From the NCBI GenBank assembly GCA_964057225.1, contig OZ059899.1:8494001-8558000 (forward strand): DNA of 64,000 nt, in the 5' to 3' direction. The stretch is from Auanema rhodensis. Its lineage: Eukaryota; Animalia; Nematoda. Every line of letters starts with the position of its first letter. The first letter of the stretch is position 1. Shown here piece after piece: positions 1 to 11,555 of the stretch. Under the pieces are notes generated by a model. It was not told the origin of the DNA, ran no database searches, and saw nothing but the letters and a program-made list of their open reading frames with translations. The translations under genes were made by a program, and so were the position numbers.

Positions 1-3000
1 GTTGTAGATGGTGTCGTCGTTGACGTTGTAGATGTTGTCGTAGATGGAGTCGTGCTCGTTGTTGTAGATGGAGTCGTCGTTGACGTTGTAGATGGAGTCG
101 TGCTCGTTGTTGTAGATGGTGTCGTCGTTGACGTTGTAGATGTTGTTGTAGATGGAGTTGTGCTCGTTGTTGTAGATGGGGTCGTCGTTGACGTTGTAGA
201 TGTCGTCGTAGATGGAGTCGTGCTCGTTGTTGTAGATGGTGTCGTCGTTGACGTTGTAGATGTTGTTGTAGATGTCGTCGTAGATGGAGTCGTGCTCGTT
301 GTTGTAGATGGAGTCGTGCTCGTTGTTGTAGATGGAGTCGTCGTTGATGTTGTTGATGTTGTTGTAGATGGAGTCGTCGTTGACGTTGTAGATGTTGTTG
401 TAGATGGAGTCGTGCTCGTTGTTGTAGATGGAGTCGTGCTCGTTGTTGTAGATGGAGTCGTCGTTGATGTTGTTGATGTTGTTGTAGATGGAGTCGTCGT
501 TGACGTTGTAGATGTCGTCGTAGATGGAGTCGTGCTCGTTGTTGTAGATGGAGTCGTGCTCGTTGTTGTAGATGGAGTCGTCGTTGATGTTGTTGATGTT
601 GTTGTAGATGGAGTCGTCGTTGACGTTGTAGATGTTGTTGTAGATGGAGTTGTGCTCGTCGTTGTAGATGGAGTCGTGCTCGTTGTTGTAGATGAAGTCG
701 TGCTCGTTGTTGTAGATGGAGTCGTCGTTGATGTTGTTGATGTTGTTGTAGATGGAGTCGTCGTTGACGTTGTAGATGTTGTTGTAGATGGAGTCGTGCT
801 CGTTGTTGTAGATGGAGTTGTGCTCGTTGTTGTAGATGGAGTCGTCGTTGACGTTGTAGATGTCGTCGTAGATGGAGTCGTGCTCGTTGTTGTAGATGGA
901 GTCGGGCTCGTTGTTGTAGATGGAGTCGTCGTTGATGTTGTTGATGTTGTTGTAGATGGAGTCGTCGTTGACGTTGTAGATGTTGTTGTAGATGGAGTCG
1001 TGCTCGTTGTTGTAGATGGAGTTGTGCTCGTTGTTGTAGATGGAGTCGTCGTTGACGTTGTAGATGTCGTCGTAGATGGAGTCGTGCTCGTTGTTGTAGA
1101 TGAAGTCGTGCTCGTTGTTGTAGATGGAGTCGTCGTTGATGTTGTTGATGTTGTTGTAGATGGAGTCGTCGTTGACGTTGTAGATGTTGTTGTAGATGGA
1201 GTTGTGCTCGTTGTTGTAGATGGAGTCGTGCTCGTCGTTGTAGATGGAGTTGTGCTCGTTGTTGTAGATGGAGTCGTCGTTGACGTTGTAGATGTTGTTG
1301 TAGATGGTGTCGTCGTTGACGTTGTAGATGTTGTCGTAGATGGAGTCGTGCTCGTTGTTGTAGATGGAGTCGTGCTAGTTGTTGTAGATGGAGTCGTGCT
1401 CGTTGTTGTAGATGGAGTCGTCGTTGACGTTGTAGATGTCGTCGTAGATGGAGTCGTGCTCGTTGTTGTAGATGGAGTCGTCGTTGAAGTTGTAGATGTC
1501 GTCGTAGATGGAGTCGTGCTCGTTGTTGTAGATGGAGTCGTCGTTGACGTTGTAGATGTTGTTGTGGATGGTGTCGTCGTTGACGTTGTAGATGTTGTTG
1601 TAGATGGAGTTGTGCTCGTTGTTGTAGATGGAGTCGTCGTTGACGTTGTAGATGTTGTCGTAGATGGAGTCGTGCTCGTTGTTGTAGATGGAGTCGTGCT
1701 CGTTGTTGTAGATGGAGTCGTCGTTGACGTTGTAGATGTTGTTGTGGATGGTGTCGTCGTTGACGTTGTAGATGTTGTTGTAGATGGAGTTGTGCTCGTT
1801 GTTGTAGATGGAGTCGTCGTTGACGTTGTAGATGTTGTCGTAGATGGAGTCGTGCTCGTTGTTGTAGATGGAGTCGTGCTCGTTGTTGTAGATGGTGTCG
1901 TCGTTGACGTTGTAGATGTTGTCGTATATGGAGTCGTGCTCGTTGTTGTAGATGGAGTCGTCGTTGACGTTGTAGATGTCGTCGTAGATGGAGTCGTGCT
2001 CGTTGTTGTAGATGGAGTCGTCGTTGACGTTGAAGACGTTGTTGTGGATGGTGTCGTCGTTGACGTTGTAGATGTAGTCGTAGATGGAGTCGTGCTCGTT
2101 GTTGTAGATGGAGTCGTGCTAGTTGTTGTAGATGGAGTTGTGCTCGTTGTTGTAGATGTAGATGGAGTCGTGCTCGTTGTTGTTGATGGAGTCGTCGTTG
2201 ACGTTGTAGACGTTGTTGTGGATGGTGTCGTCGTTGACGTTGTAGATGTCGTCGTAGATGGAGTCGTGCTCGTTGTTGTAGATGGAGTCGTGCTAGTTGT
2301 TGTAGATGAAGTCGTGCTCGTTGTTGTAGATGGAGTTGTGCTCGTTGTTGTAGATGGAGTCGTCGTTGACGTTGTAGATGTCGTCGTAGATGGAGTCGTG
2401 CTCGTTGTTGTAGATGGAGTCGTGCTCGTTGTTGTAGATGGAGTCGTCGTTGATGTTGTTGATGTTGTTGTAGATGGAGTCGTCGTTGACGTTGTAGATG
2501 TTGTTGTAGATGGAGTCGTGCTCGTTGTTGTAGATGGAGTTGTGCTCGTTGTTGTAGATGGAGTCGTCGTTGACGTTGTAGATGTCGTCGTAGATGGAGT
2601 CGTGCTCGTTGTTGTAGATGGAGTCGTGCTCGTTGTTGTAGATGGAGTCGTCGTTGATGTTGTTGATGTTGTTGTAGATGGAGTCGTCGTTGACGTTGTA
2701 GATGTTGTTGTAGATGGAGTCGTGCTCGTTGTTGTAGATGGAGTTGTGCTCGTTGTTGTAGATGGAGTCGTCGTTGACGTTGTAGATGTCGTCGTAGATG
2801 GAGTCGTGCTCGTTGTTGTAGATGGAGTCGTGCTCGTTGTTGTAGATGGAGTTGTGCTCGTTGTTGTAGATGGAGTCGTCGTTGACGTTGTAGATGTCGT
2901 CGTAGATGGAGTCGTGCTCGTTGTTGTAGATGGAGTCGTGCTCGTTGTTGTAGATGGAGTCGTCGTTGATGTTGTTGATGTTGTTGTAGATGGAGTCGTC

Positions 3001-6000
3001 GTTGACGTTGTAGATGTTGTTGTAGATGGAGTCGTGCTCGTTGTTGTAGATGGAGTTGTGCTCGTTGTTGTAGATGGAGTCGTCGTTGATGTTGTTGATG
3101 TTGTTGTAGATGGAGTCGTCGTTGACGTTGTAGATGTCGTCGTAGATGGAGTCGTGCTCGTTGTTGTAGATGGAGTCGTGCTCGTTGTTGTAGATGGAGT
3201 CGTCGTTGATGTTGTTGATGTTGTTGTAGATGGAGTCGTCGTTGACGTTGTAGATGTTGTTGTAGATGGAGTTGTGCTCGTCGTTGTAGATGGAGTCGTG
3301 CTCGTTGTTGTAGATGAAGTCGTGCTCGTTGTTGTAGATGGAGTCGTCGTTGATGTTGTTGATGTTGTTGTAGATGGAGTCGTCGTTGACGTTGTAGATG
3401 TTGTTGTAGATGGAGTCGTGCTCGTTGTTGTAGATGGAGTTGTGCTCGTTGTTGTAGATGGAGTCGTCGTTGACGTTGTAGATGTCGTCGTAGATGGAGT
3501 CGTGCTCGTTGTTGTAGATGGAGTCGGGCTCGTTGTTGTAGATGGAGTCGTCGTTGATGTTGTTGATGTTGTTGTAGATGGAGTCGTCGTTGACGTTGTA
3601 GATGTTGTTGTAGATGGAGTCGTGCTCGTTGTTGTAGATGGAGTTGTGCTCGTTGTTGTAGATGGAGTCGTCGTTGACGTTGTAGATGTCGTCGTAGATG
3701 GAGTCGTGCTCGTTGTTGTAGATGAAGTCGTGCTCGTTGTTGTAGATGGAGTCGTCGTTGATGTTGTTGATGTTGTTGTAGATGGAGTCGTCGTTGACGT
3801 TGTAGATGTTGTTGTAGATGGAGTTGTGCTCGTTGTTGTAGATGGAGTCGTGCTCGTCGTTGTAGATGGAGTTGTGCTCGTTGTTGTAGATGGAGTCGTC
3901 GTTGACGTTGTAGATGTTGTTGTAGATGGTGCCGTCGTTGACGTTGTAGATGTTGTCGTAGATGGAGTCGTGCTCGTTGTTGTAGATGGAGTCGTGCTAG
4001 TTGTTGTAGATGGAGTCGTGCTCGTTGTTGTAGATGGAGTCGTCGTTGACGTTGTAGATGTCGTCGTAGATGGAGTCGTGCTCGTTGTTGTAGATGGAGT
4101 CGTCGTTGAAGTTGTAGATGTCGTCGTAGATGGAGTCGTGCTCGTTGTTGTAGATGGAGTCGTCGTTGACGTTGTAGATGTTGTTGTGGATGGTGTCGTC
4201 GTTGACGTTGTAGATGTTGTTGTAGATGGAGTTGTGCTCGTTGTTGTAGATGGAGTTGTGCTCGTTGTTGTAGATGGAGTCGTCGTTGACGTTGTAGATG
4301 TTGTCGTAGATGGAGTCGTGCTCGTTGTTGTAGATGGAGTCGTGCTCGTTGTTGTAGATGGTGTCGTCGTTGACGTTGTAGATGTTGTCGTAGATGGAGT
4401 CGTGCTCGTTGTTGTAGATGGAGTCGTCGTTGACGTTGTAGATGTCGTCGTAGATGGAGTCGTGCTCGTTGTTGTAGATGGAGTCGTCGTTGACGTTGTA
4501 GACGTTGTTGTGGATGGTGTCGTCGTTGACGTTGTAGATGTAGTCGTAGATGGAGTCGTGCTCGTTGTTGTAGATGGAGTCGTGCTAGTTGTTGTAGATG
4601 GAGTTGTGCTCGTTGTTGTAGATGTAGATGGAGTCGTGCTCGTTGTTGTTGATGGAGTCGTCGTTGACGTTGTAGACGTTGTTGTGGATGGTGTCGTCGT
4701 TGACGTTGTAGATGTCGTCGTAGATGGAGTCGTGCTCGTTGTTGTAGATGGAGTCGTGCTAGTTGTTGTAGATGAAGTCGTGCTCGTTGTTGTAGATGGA
4801 GTTGTGCTCGTTGTTGTAGATGGAGTCGTCGTTGACGTTGTAGATGTCGTCGTAGATGGAGTCGTGCTCGTTGTTGTAGATGGAGTCGTGCTCGTTGTTG
4901 TAGATGGAGTCGTCGTTGATGTTGTTGATGTTGTTGTAGATGGAGTCGTCGTTGACGTTGTAGATGTTGTTGTAGATGGAGTCGTGCTCGTTGTTGTAGA
5001 TGGAGTTGTGCTCGTTGTTGTAGATGGAGTCGTCGTTGACGTTGTAGATGTCGTCGTAGATGGAGTCGTGCTCGTTGTTGTAGATGGAGTCGTGCTCGTT
5101 GTTGTAGATGGAGTCGTCGTTGATGTTGTTGATGTTGTTGTAGATGGAGTCGTCGTTGACGTTGTAGATGTTGTTGTAGATGGAGTCGTGCTCGTTGTTG
5201 TAGATGGAGTCGTGCTCGTTGTTGTAGATGGAGTCGTCGTTGATGTTGTTGATGTTGTTGTAGATGGAGTCGTCGTTGACGTTGTAGATGTCGTCGTAGA
5301 TGGAGTCGTGCTCGTTGTTGTAGATGGAGTCGTGCTCGTTGTTGTAGATGGAGTTGTGCTCGTTGTTGTAGATGGAGTCGTCGTTGACGTTGTAGATGTC
5401 GTCGTAGATGGAGTCGTGCTCGTTGTTGTAGATGGAGTCGTGCTCGTTGTTGTAGATGGAGTCGTCGTTGATGTTGTTGATGTTGTTGTAGATGGAGTCG
5501 TCGTTGACGTTGTAGATGTTGTTGTAGATGGAGTCGTGCTCGTTGTTGTAGATGGAGTTGTGCTCGTTGTTGTAGATGGAGTCGTCGTTGACGTTGTAGA
5601 TGTCGTCGTAGATGGAGTCGTGCTCGTTGTTGTAGATGAAGTCGTGCTCGTTGTTGTAGATGGAGTCGTCGTTGATGTTGTTGATGTTGTTGTAGATGGA
5701 GTCGTCGTTGACGTTGTAGATGTTGTTGTAGATGGAGTTGTGCTCGTTGTTGTAGATGGAGTCGTGCTCGTTGTTGTAGATGGAGTTGTGCTCGTTGTTG
5801 TAGATGGAGTCGTCGTTGACGTTGTAGATGTTGTTGTAGATGGTGTCGTCGTTGACGTTGTAGATGTTGTCGTAGATGGAGTCGTGCTCGTTGTTGTAGA
5901 TGGAGTCGTTGTTGACGTTGTAGATGTTGTTGTAGATGGTGTCGTCGTTGACGTTGTAGATGTTGTCGTAGATGGAGTCGTGCTCGTTGTTGTAGATGGA

Positions 6001-8800
6001 GTCGTCGTTGACGTTGTAGATGGAGTCGTGCTCGTTGTTGTAGATGGTGTCGTCGTTGACGTTGTAGATGTTGTTGTAGATGGAGTTGTGCTCGTTGTTG
6101 TAGATGGAGTCGTCGTTGACGTTGTAGATGTCGTCGTAGATGGAGTCGTGCTCGTTGTTGTAGATGGTGTCGTCGTTGACGTTGTAGATGTTGTTGTAGA
6201 TGTTGTCGTAGATGGAGTCGTGCTCGTTGTTGTTGATGGTGTCGTCGTTGACGTTGTAGATGTTGTTGTAGATGGAGTTGTGCTCGTTGTTGTAGATGGA
6301 GTTGTGCTCGTTGACGTTGTAGATGTTGTCGTAGATGGAGTCGTGCTCGTTGTTGTAGATGGAGTCGTGCTCGTTGTTGTAGATGGTGTCGTCGTTGACG
6401 TTGTAGATGTTGTTGTAGATGGTGTCGTCGTTGACGTTGTAGATGTTGTCGTAGATGGAGTCGTGCTCGTTGTTGTAGATGGAGTCGTACTCGTTGTTGT
6501 AGATGGAGTCGTGCTCGTTGTTGTAGATGGAGTCGTCGTTGATGTTGTTGATGTTGTTGTAGATGGAGTTGTGCTCGTTGTTGTAGATGGAGTTGTGCTC
6601 GTTGACGTTGTAGATGTTGTCGTAGATGGAGTCGTGCTCGTTGTTGTAGATGGAGTCGTGCTCGTTGTTGTAGATGGAGTCGTGCTCGTTGTTGTAGATG
6701 GAGTTGTGCTCGTTGTTGTAGATGGAGTCGTCGTTGACGTTGTAGATGTCGTCGTAGATGGAGTCGTGCTCGTTGTTGTAGATGGAGTCGTGCTCGTTGT
6801 TGTAGATGGAGTCGTGCTCGTTGTTGTAGATGGTGTCGTCGTTGACGTTGTAGATGTTGTTGTAGATGGAGTTGTGCTCGTTGTTGTAGATGGAGTTGTG
6901 CTCGTTGACGTTGTAGATGTTGTCGTAGATGGAGTCGTGCTCGTTGTTGTAGATGGAGTCGTGCTCGTTGTTGTAGATGGTGTCGTCGTTGACGTTGTAG
7001 ATGTTGTTGTAGATGGTGTCGTCGTTGACGTTGTAGATGTTGTCGTAGATGGAGTCGTGCTCGTTGTTGTAGATGGAGTCGTGCTCGTTGTTGTAGATGG
7101 AGTCGTGCTCGTTGTTGTAGATGGAGTCGTCGTTGATGTTGTTGATGTTGTTGTAGATGGAGTCGTCGTTGACGTTGTAGATGTTGTTGTAGATGGAGTT
7201 GTGCTCGTTGTTGTAGATGGAGTCGTGCTCGTTGTTGTAGATGGAGTTGTCGTTGACGTTGTAGATGTTGTTGTAGATGGAGTCGTCGTTGACGTTGTAG
7301 ATGTCGTCGTAGATGGAGTCGTGCTCGTTGTTGTAGATGGAGTCGTGCTCGTTGTTGTAGATATAGTTGTCGTTGACGTTGTAGATGTTGTTGTGGATGG
7401 TGTCGTCGTTGACGTGGTAGATGTCGTTGTTGATGGAGTCGTGCTCGTTGTTGTAGATGGAGTCGTGCTCGTTGTTGTAGATGGTGTCGTCGTTGACGTT
7501 GTAGATGTTGTTGTAGATGGAGTCGTCGTTGACGTTGTAGATGTTGTTGTAGATGGAGTCGTGGTTGACGTCGTAGATGTCGTCGTAGATGGAGTCGTGC
7601 TCGTTGTTGTAGATGGTGTCGTCGTTGACGTTGTAGATGTTGTTGTAGATGGAGTCGTCGTTGACGTCGTAGATGTTGTTGTAGATGGAGTTGTGCTCGT
7701 TGTTGTAGATGGTGTCGTCGTTGACGTTGTAGATGTCGTCGTAGATGGAGTCGTGCTCGTTGTTGTAGATGGTGTCGTCGTTAACGTTGTAGATGTTGTT
7801 GTAGATGGAGTCGTCGTTGACGTCGTAGATGTTGTTGTAGATGGAGTTGTGCTCGTTGTTGTAGATGGTGTCGTCGTTGACGTTGTAGATGTCGTCGTAG
7901 ATGGAGTCGTGCTCGTTGTTGTAGATGGTGTCGTCGTTGACGTTGTAGATGTTGTTGTAGATGGTGTCGTCGTTGACGTTGTAGATGTTGTCGTAGATGG
8001 AGTCGTGCTCGTTGTTGTAGATGGAGTTGTCGTTGACGTTGTAGATGTTGTTGTGGATGGTATCGTCGTTGACGTTGTAGATGCTGTTGTAGATGGAGTC
8101 GTGCTCGTTGTTGTAGATGGTGTCGTCGTTGACGTTGTAGATGTCGTCGTAGATGGAGTCGTGCTCGTTGTTGTAGATGGAGTCGTGCTCGTTGTTCTAG
8201 ATGGAGTCGTCGTTGACGTCGTAGATGTTGTTGTAGATGGAGTCGTGCTCGTTGTTGTAGATGGAGTCGTCGTTGACGTTGTAGATGTCGTTGTAGATGG
8301 AGTCGTGCTCGTTGTTGTAGATGGAGTCGTCGTTGACGTTGTAGATGTCGTTGTAGTTGGAGTCGTGCTCGTTGTTGTAGATGGAGTCGTCGTTGACGTC
8401 GTAGATGTTGTTGTAGATGGAGTAGTGCTCGTTGTTGTAGATTGTGTCGTCGTTGACGTTGTAGACGTTGTTGTAGATGGTGTCGTCGTTGACGTTGTAG
8501 ATGTCGTCGTAGATGGAGTCGTGCTCGTTGTTGTAGATGGAGTCGTCGTTGACGTCGTAGATGTTGTTGTAGATGGTGTCGTCGTTGACGTTGTAGATGT
8601 CGTCGTAGATGGAGTCGTGCTCGTTGTTGTAGATGGAGTCGTACTCGTTGTTGTAGATGGTGTCGTCGTTGACGTCGTAGATGTTGTTGTAGATGGTGTC
8701 GTCGTTGACGTCGTAGATGTTGTTGTAGATGGTGTCGTCGTTGACGTCGTAGATGTTGTTGTAGATGGTGTCGTCGTGGACGTTGTGGATGTTGTAGTTG
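1..8800 (-). repeat. Coding tandem repeat of interleaved 24-bp (TTTSTTPS) and 36-bp (TTTSTTSTTTPS) units
   Basis: Plus-strand units gatggagtcgtgctcgttgttgta and gatggagtcgtcgttgacgttgtagatgttgttgta repeat throughout; observed length variants preserve frame. Confidence 0.97.
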
Positions 8801-9807
8801 GAACTTGACCTTGTACTAAAATTTTAATAAACTTCGTGTTTGTAGCATAATTGTTTTACCGTCGCAAATAAATTTATTTTCCTTCGGTGTTAAATTCGGG
8901 TCTTCGGCACCCCATCCATCTGGATAACAAGGAAGTGTTACTTCAACTACAATAAGTTGTCCTGGTTCTCCTATGTAGGCATCAACCTGAAATTATGAAT
9001 TCTCACATATGCTTGGCTTAAGTTTTACAATCATTTGCTCAAAGCCTGGTCCCATTCCGTCAATCATCAGAACTACAGCTTCGTATCCCACACATGTAAT
9101 GGTTAGCATTTGGCAATCAGAAGTATTGAAATATGTGAAGAAAAAGTTTGTTGATGGATGATTAAACGCAACATTATCTCCTTTTCTGGCTTTTCCACAA
9201 TTCTTGTTAGGATCACAAGTTGCTGAAAAGTAAAAGATATAAACTTGTTCAAGCTTAAATATACGAATGTAATCTTTTCAGTGCGTACCGTCTCTCTGAA
9301 ATAAAAAAATGTATAAATTATAATTTATCTTCTACAATACCTTTCTAATCCTATGCATTTCTAATTTTTTATCTAATTTAGATGTTTCATTCCATCTATC
9401 TAAAGTTGCTGGATGTATGGGAAGTTGACTATGGTTTGTTCCGTGAAGTTTATTGAATTCAGCCGTCAGATGACGTATAGTAGCTTCTCGTCGCTGAATA
9501 TCTCAGTTATTTCACAATTTGGTTTTCCTCATTAAATATGTTACAGAAATAATGTTGTAAAAATGTAAAATTTATTAAAAAACAATGCACAGCTTTTGTT
9601 TATTGTTGAAACGAAATCTAACTTTCTTAGTTGTTTTTTGTATTTATATTTTTAATATTTCTTTCAAACAGAATAAACTTAACATACCGTTTCTGTTGGT
9701 AAAATATAAAATCTATCAGAATTAAGTACATCATTACTGTCTAGTTGGCTCAATGCCAATGTTATGAAGACTTGGAGAATCACTAAAGATCCTAGCCATA
9801 TCTTCAT
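1..9807 (-). CDS. Giant secreted mucin-like protein: signal peptide, propeptide with furin-type site, six-cysteine (C6-like) domain, ~2,900 aa Thr/Ser/Pro repeat; 3' end lies outside the window
   Basis: Manual splicing: exons 9807-9688 (MKIWLGSLVILQVFITLALS..., signal peptide), 9493-9341 (...MHRIRK), 9295-9289 (7 nt), 9222-9029 (TCDPNKNCG...SDCQMLTITCVG), 8986-8860 (...LPCYPDGW...FICD), then 8815-1 (VQGQVPTTT...). All introns are GT-AG with consistent phase. No stop seen in the repeat frame. C6 assignment is from the six-Cys pattern only. Confidence 0.9.
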
Positions 9808-10835
9808 GGTGGGCCCAAGGAGAACTCTGACAATTATTTCAATTAACCAAGAAATTTTATGACTTTTTTGACAGTTTTTTAAAAATGTAGAAATAGAATA
9901 AAAGCAATAAAATATTTTGTCAATATATTATATAAATCAAGAAGAAATGATAATAAAAGTTTAGTAATTATGAATACTTATCATTAGCCAATAAAGAAAG
10001 TAGATTGAAATTGAAATTATACAGATTTTTCATGAATTCTCTCCTTTGTTAACAAAATTTTAGAATAATATAGAAAGAGTTTTGCCAACATATCCATGTA
10101 TATCGCTGAATACACAATGTTGGATTAGAAAGAACAGCTCAACAACACCTCCACTGATCTTTTACGAACAGTCTTGTTCATTTTAAGAGTTTTTTTTTAC
10201 TTTTTTTTTCTATTTGACAGCATTATGTGTTTTTTTTTCCCGAAACATTGCTTTGAATTTTAAATTATGATAAAATGATAGCAAATATTGTTGTTATATC
10301 AAGAAAACAAAAATAAGCCAGCATTATAATTACTTTTCTTCAAATACGATCATAAATTTATTTGTTTAAATTAAATTACATATTTAAATATCAAAAGTTA
10401 ATTAAGATAACTAAATTCTTCTGTTTATTTGCAATCTTTATCACATTATAATATCTTTCTGTATATTTTTTCTAATCTCATTTTCATTTATGAAAATTAT
10501 CGTAATATAATACTTTGTAAATCTGACTGTATGAGCTTAGAAGTAATATTTTCAACCTAACCTTTGTTCTGTTAATCTCTTCTTTCTGATAAAACTTAAG
10601 CATCACAGATCAGATCAATGTGTTTATCGCAAAATCTCTTTTTGCTAGTATGATGTAGTTAATTCTAGACATTTTTTTTTATTTACACAGGTGATAATTA
10701 TTGTATTTAATCAGATTAATTGTAAGAAGATGTCTAAATATGATTTTATATGTATAAATTTACATACATATATTGCATAAAGTTTCAAAAATAAATATAT
10801 TTATTAAGTACAAAATCTTTATTTCAAAATATTAT

Positions 10836-11555
10836 TTAATAAACTTTAATATTATTAAAAATAATTATTTTGCTTTCTATTATATGATTCTAAATTCCTT
10901 TTATATAACCTTCTGCTTTCATCTATTTTTCTAATTTTGAAGATCATCAATCGTATGAGACATAGCCCTAAGAAAATTGCAATGAAAAGTATGGTCATTG
11001 TCCAGCATAACAAAGGAACTGAAATATTTTCTTATTGTTGTTTTATATTTTAATAAATTAAATTTATTTTATTTTCTCAATAATACGAAAATAAAATGTC
11101 AACTTGCCTCCAAAAATAGATGAGCATTGCTTCTTGAAACAAACTTTAAAATATTAAGATTATAATATTAATATTAATTAAAAACTATACCATTCATACC
11201 ATATTCTGATGTATAAGAGGGAGATTGATTTAATTCAGGATTGATCAACATTTTTGAAGAAAAAATACAATTGTTAACACTGTGAACTGAGTTTGGTTGT
11301 GAGCACAGAATATTCATCTTAAGAAATATTATTAAGTAAGTATAATAAGGAAATTGAACTATGAAGAAGTGAAACTTACGGGTTTTGCAGGAAAATTAAA
11401 CTGATATTCATTTTGTGATGATTCAACAGGATACAAATAAAATGTCTAAACCAAAAATAAATTCAAAACAGGCCTAAGTAAATTATTCCGAGTACCTGAA
11501 TATGATTAGGAAGAAAAATAATTGATATTAATAAGAATAAAATATTGAAAAACAT
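10836..11555 (-). CDS. Small type I single-pass membrane protein of unknown function
   Basis: Five exons: MFFNILFLLISIIFLPNHIQ (signal) | TFYLYPVE...PAKP | MNILCSQP...NCIFSS... | VCFKKQCSSIFG | VPLLCWTMTILFIAIFLGLCLIRLMIF (TM) KIRK...KVY*. The last intron (11107-11019) has a GC donor (AG|GCAAGT). Confidence 0.72.

Noticed and set aside
1-8800. CRISPR array or telomeric/satellite DNA
   Set aside because: No unique spacers, eukaryotic context, unit lengths multiples of three, and the array is spliced to upstream coding exons.
52-8808. 2918-aa Val/Asp/Gly/Leu ORF on the plus strand
   Set aside because: Antisense shadow of the Thr/Ser/Pro mucin exon. The minus strand has a signal peptide, in-phase splice sites and a sensible product; the plus ORF starts at a GTG inside the repeat.
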